Shown here one piece after another: positions 61,101 to 64,000 of a DNA stretch of 64,000 nucleotides; within the stretch, counting starts at the first letter, position 1, and each line of letters starts with the position of its first letter. Source of the stretch: Phoronis australis (taxonomy: Eukaryota; Animalia; Phoronida); assembly GCA_002633005.1 (NCBI GenBank), contig NMRA01000098.1:701186-765185 (forward strand), read 5' to 3'. Both the position numbers and the translations under genes were made by a program. The notes below the pieces were generated by a model. It saw only the letters and a program-made list of their open reading frames with translations. It was not told the DNA's origin and did no database searches.

Positions 61101-63025
61101 TCAAAATTAAGTTAAGGGGGGACTTTTAATAGATCAGTGGGCGCTTATTATGAAACACTTTAAAGGTAGGGAGTAGGCTTGTGAGTGAGCATAGTCGTTA
61201 ACCTCAGTGTTTGCGGTAATAAGATATTAAAACGCTGCAATGGTAAGAAACGTTATAATAATACGATTTTGCGAGGCAAACTCCATCTAGTAGGGGTGAC
61301 TTTCTGGATATCGTTACCACCTACATTGTACCCTATTTAGCCACCCGGAATGATTTTGTTTTTAACTGCCCGCTTCAGCCGGAACAAGGTTGTTTCTATA
61401 GGAGTCTGAACATTTTACGGCGACGGTGGTTCAGGGAGCGAAAAGTTGCCGGGGAGGGGGGGAGGGGTTATATAAAGAGAAGAATGAAAACTTCGCTAAC
61501 CTGAACCACAGTTTCGCATCTAGTGCCAGTTTAGTTGCAATAGCTGGCTACGGGTATAGAATACAGGGTTTACAGAACATCGACCTCGGGAAACATCGGA
61601 ACAGGAAAACGTCAGAGTTATGGGTTATATCGGTCCCGGGACATCGGGTCTTATATAACCGCTGGGAATCTGAGTTTATTTTCAAATAAACCAGAGCCAA
61701 GCCGGTATACTCTTTCATTTAGGACTGTCGCTGTTCTTTGAAGTGGTGCGCACGCGTGAGTTCACGCAGTTGAATCGCTGGAGTAGGCCTACACTTTACG
61801 TTGGCAACAACGTGTGAAAGACAAATCACATTTCGCGCACGTAATCCCAGAAACAAGTAAAGGGTTTGAGAATTTCTTGGCAACTGAAAGTAAAGACGTG
61901 ACCGTTGTTTGGCAATTAGTAAGGTTGTCATTTTCACTTTGGCTGTCTTAATACGATAAAAAGGAGAAGCACATCTCAGTCTAAGTCACGATTGTCTGCC
62001 GGGACCGCTTGCGCACGGTGGTGCCGCAGTGCGTTATCAGGGATATTGTCGTGGATATTTGGTACATGTAATAAGGACATCTTATGTGAAAAATAAACAT
62101 TTTTGTCCACCACAAAGTTTGGTAAGTTGATCGCTTAAGAATTAGTAGAAACACCGTTGTTTCATCAAGTTTCATCACGTGTTAAGCTGTGGCCCGAAAC
62201 TTTCTCTGGCGAATCCGGGAATTTACAGAAGTGGCCGAAAGTGTTAGCCAATGAAACGCGTCAAAGATCGATTCTGCATATCCCATGTTCACGCGACTTG
62301 CTTACAAGTCATCGGGAGGGCTGTTCTCGGTTAGTGTTGTTTTGAACTTGGATTTGGCAACAACCAAATAACGGTTGGATTAACAAGAGCTGCTTTGTAT
62401 TTGCCAGGTATCTGTTGAGAAGTGTAAAAACTCAGCTCGCATTCGTTGGAAATTCCAGGTCGCATTTTGCGACTTGATACGAGCTGACAAAAATCTCAGC
62501 TCGCATTTCCAAATTTCAGGTCGCAAATGCGACCTGCAGCTCCTTATGTCGAGCCCTGGAAGCTCAAGTCATGCTCATCACTAGTTCAGCAAATATCAGG
62601 CGGCAACTTCATTGTTTTTTGGTACTAGTGGTATTACACATATATGCTCAATAGGGGGTCAGTATGCGCAACTGAAGGAGGGTAGATTTTTTTAGCATTG
62701 CTGTTTTAAAGTGGTGATGTCGAGGAGCATGTTCAATAAGTTCTGGTAGAAAGATCATAAATACAAGACTTCTATGAGAGAATGCAAAAACATCATTGCT
62801 CTTTGTCTCAATTAAGTTTTAGTGTATGTGTTGACGAGGTGACCGATTCTTTTTACAGGACAACCACACGAGGGCTCAGTGTATGCTGCTCAAAAGGACC
62901 TACAGATGGCATTCCACAGACTAGAACACGTAAAGGGTAAACTGGCTGAGATGGACCGAGCGAAACCGCCAGAGTATCAGAACAGGCAACCACTGATGAG
63001 GCAGATGAGCTGGACCACGCAGTGA
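52067..63025 (+). CDS. MED11: Mediator of RNA polymerase II transcription subunit 11 (3 coding exons, 127 aa)
   Basis: Exons 52067-52142, 57697-57837 and 62859-63025, joined by phase-1 GT-AG introns. Translation: MAARIDRLQDLERIEREIASALQSAG|QAVQELSKDK...QIDYLTQVSTG|QPHEGSVYAAQKDLQMAFHRLEHVKGKL..., matching the MED11 hallmark YLTQV.TGQPHEGS.Y. An in-frame upstream ATG at 52043 is also possible. Confidence 0.93.
53112..53680. mobile_element. MITE with imperfect terminal inverted repeats of about 58 bp
   Basis: CCTACC.CGTT...GTATTTTATC...AATTTC.G.TC..ACTATTTCCCGGTT is mirrored at 53623-53680. Confidence 0.6.
53992..54418. mobile_element. Truncated inverted copy of the right end of the 60110-62558 element, in MED11 intron 1
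   Basis: Reverse-complement match to about 62120-62558, starting CAGGGCTCGACATAA.GAGCTGCAGGTCGCATTTG. Confidence 0.8.
54781..55845 (+). mobile_element. Tc1/mariner (Tc2-like) TIR element carrying a decayed HIRAN-like ORF
   Basis: Left end TA|CCGTATTTGCCCTAATAAG; degenerate right TIR CTTATTAGGACGAAT; subterminal GGG(C/T)GCTTA repeats; internal frameshifted ORF at 55418-55726. Confidence 0.65.
55418..55726 (+). pseudogene. Frameshifted HIRAN-domain-like coding remnant
   Basis: SIRVFYVYKIIWIPVEGEDL / YNPIDK / SVQKGLTVVGHVPCKISKTFAFFLKHCGSLKCTATAKYRYSGEARSLE / PHTMIF..DVIEKLKTLL*. Confidence 0.62.
57697..57837 (+). CDS. MED11: MED11 coding exon 2
   Basis: ttatag|; QAVQELSKDKASVRQADSHAQNFIKTLKEVESGLSKQIDYLTQVST(G); |gtattt. 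Confidence 0.93.
57987..59520 (-). mobile_element. Inverted copy of the Helentron/DINE-like family, in MED11 intron 2
   Basis: TCTCTGTCTGGGCGTCTGG..GCGTCCGC is the reverse complement of 40425-40450; repeated GTGCC.C.TAGTGG units. Confidence 0.6.
60110..62558. mobile_element. Non-autonomous hAT-like element with 5-bp TSD (2449 bp), in MED11 intron 2
   Basis: TIR CAGGGCTCGAC/GTCGAGCCCTG; exact GAAGC TSD; multiple subterminal AG(G/C)TCGCATT repeats. Confidence 0.82.
62859..63025 (+). CDS. MED11: MED11 coding exon 3 (terminal)
   Basis: ttttacag|; QPHEGSVYAAQKDLQMAFHRLEHVKGKLAEMDRAKPPEYQNRQPLMRQMSWTTQ*. Confidence 0.92.
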
Positions 63026-63075
63026 AGCTGACTGAAGCACTCAGAGATTTGAAGATTAAACTGGTGACACCTGCA

Positions 63076-63435
63076 AACTGAGCTATCGTAGGGATTGGTG
63101 TATGATGTGAGATTGTTCCAAAGATTTGCGATATCCATGAACTGAGCAAGTACAAGGATTGCTGTACACTGTGAGATTGTTCTCAATATTTGCAGTATCC
63201 ACGAACTGAGCAAGTACAAGGATTGCTGTACACTGAGATTGTTCTCAATATTTGCAGTATCCACGAACTGAGCAAGTACAAGGATTGCTGTACACTGTGA
63301 GATTGTTCTCAATATTGGCAGTATCCACGAACTGAGCAAGTATAGGGATTGGTGTATGGAGTGAGAACTGCACTAAAGATTTATAATTTGGAGATTGGAC
63401 TGTGTTGGCAGCCACGATCTGAGCAAGTACAGATA
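63076..63435 (+). repeat. 64-bp minisatellite in the inferred MED11 3' UTR
   Basis: Units start at 63076, 63140, 63204, 63266 and 63330 (spacing 64, 64, 62, 64), plus a degenerate sixth unit near 63417. Confidence 0.9.
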
Positions 63436-64000
63436 GGTGTAGGCAGAAGGATTCCTGTTAAGGCTTGTAGTGTGGTGTTAGACGTTACACATTTACACCC
63501 TGAATGAGTAGGCATTGGAGTCCACAGGTAGACTTGTTGTTTGAGGAATATATAACTTCATGTTGAGAACAATCTTGAAATTTTACCAAGACAGGCCTTA
63601 ACACTGATTGTTTCAAGATTTAGACATTTTAGCTGTCAGCTGCAAATTGCAAATCGTAACTGGGGTGCTCAACATTCTTTTTTTGAGGGTTTTCGCATTG
63701 TGTTAGCCATTGCAAACCAACGAAAGATACAATTTAGAATAATGTTAGAAATTACCTCAATGAGGAATGCAGATGCAGGAGTTGGTCAGAGTGGATAGTT
63801 GTGAGACTTGCAATAAGTGACTGAGTATTCTGACTCCAAGATTCCTGCGTTAAGTTCAGTTTCATCCACATGGCTGATAAGTTGCCCTTTGTTGGTGCAC
63901 TGCTGAGATACATGTGGAAGACACAAAACATGTCGCTTCATCTTCACAAATATATGCTTCCATTTTTTGTTGGCACCTGGAAGTTTGAGCGAAAAATTGA

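Noticed and set aside
28599-63025. Stop-codon readthrough or selenocysteine at the TGA stops of ACADVL and MED11
   Set aside because: Both TGAs fall at or beyond the expected homologous C-termini, another in-frame stop follows closely, and I see no SECIS element or readthrough context
62853-63339. Minus-strand ORFs of 100 and 120 aa with internal repeats
   Set aside because: They arise from the antisense of MED11 exon 3 and from the 64-bp repeat, whose length is not a multiple of 3
63076-63435. CRISPR-like regularly spaced array
   Set aside because: Whole units are repeated with no unique spacers, there are no cas genes, and the context is a eukaryotic 3' UTR; it is a minisatellite

Overview
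AT-rich, intron- and transposon-rich animal DNA, probably from a marine invertebrate. Three host genes can be reconstructed by hand. (1) A single-coding-exon LRR+LRRCT+Ig+TM receptor (2115-4970, minus strand). (2) A complete 19-exon very-long-chain acyl-CoA dehydrogenase, ACADVL (28599-51777, minus, 641 aa). (3) A 3-exon Mediator subunit, MED11 (52067-63025, plus, 127 aa), head-to-head with ACADVL, with only 289 bp between the start codons. The rest is mostly mobile DNA. The most notable element is a decayed full-length LTR retrotransposon with 120-bp CG..CG LTRs, a 3-bp TSD and an LADD RT motif (Troyka-type). It is inserted into the integrase tail of an older Gypsy element, and a related solo LTR lies 11 kb away. 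Also present: a Tc2-like TIR element carrying a decayed HIRAN-domain ORF; several CA..TG elements with 5-bp TSDs; Harbinger- and Kolobok-like MITEs; Helentron/DINE-like elements with periodic CTCF-like motifs in convergent orientation around the ACADVL/MED11 promoter; a THAP remnant; LINE remnants; a tRNA-like sequence; and a 64-bp hairpin minisatellite just after the MED11 stop codon. All calls come from reading and manual translation; no searches were run.
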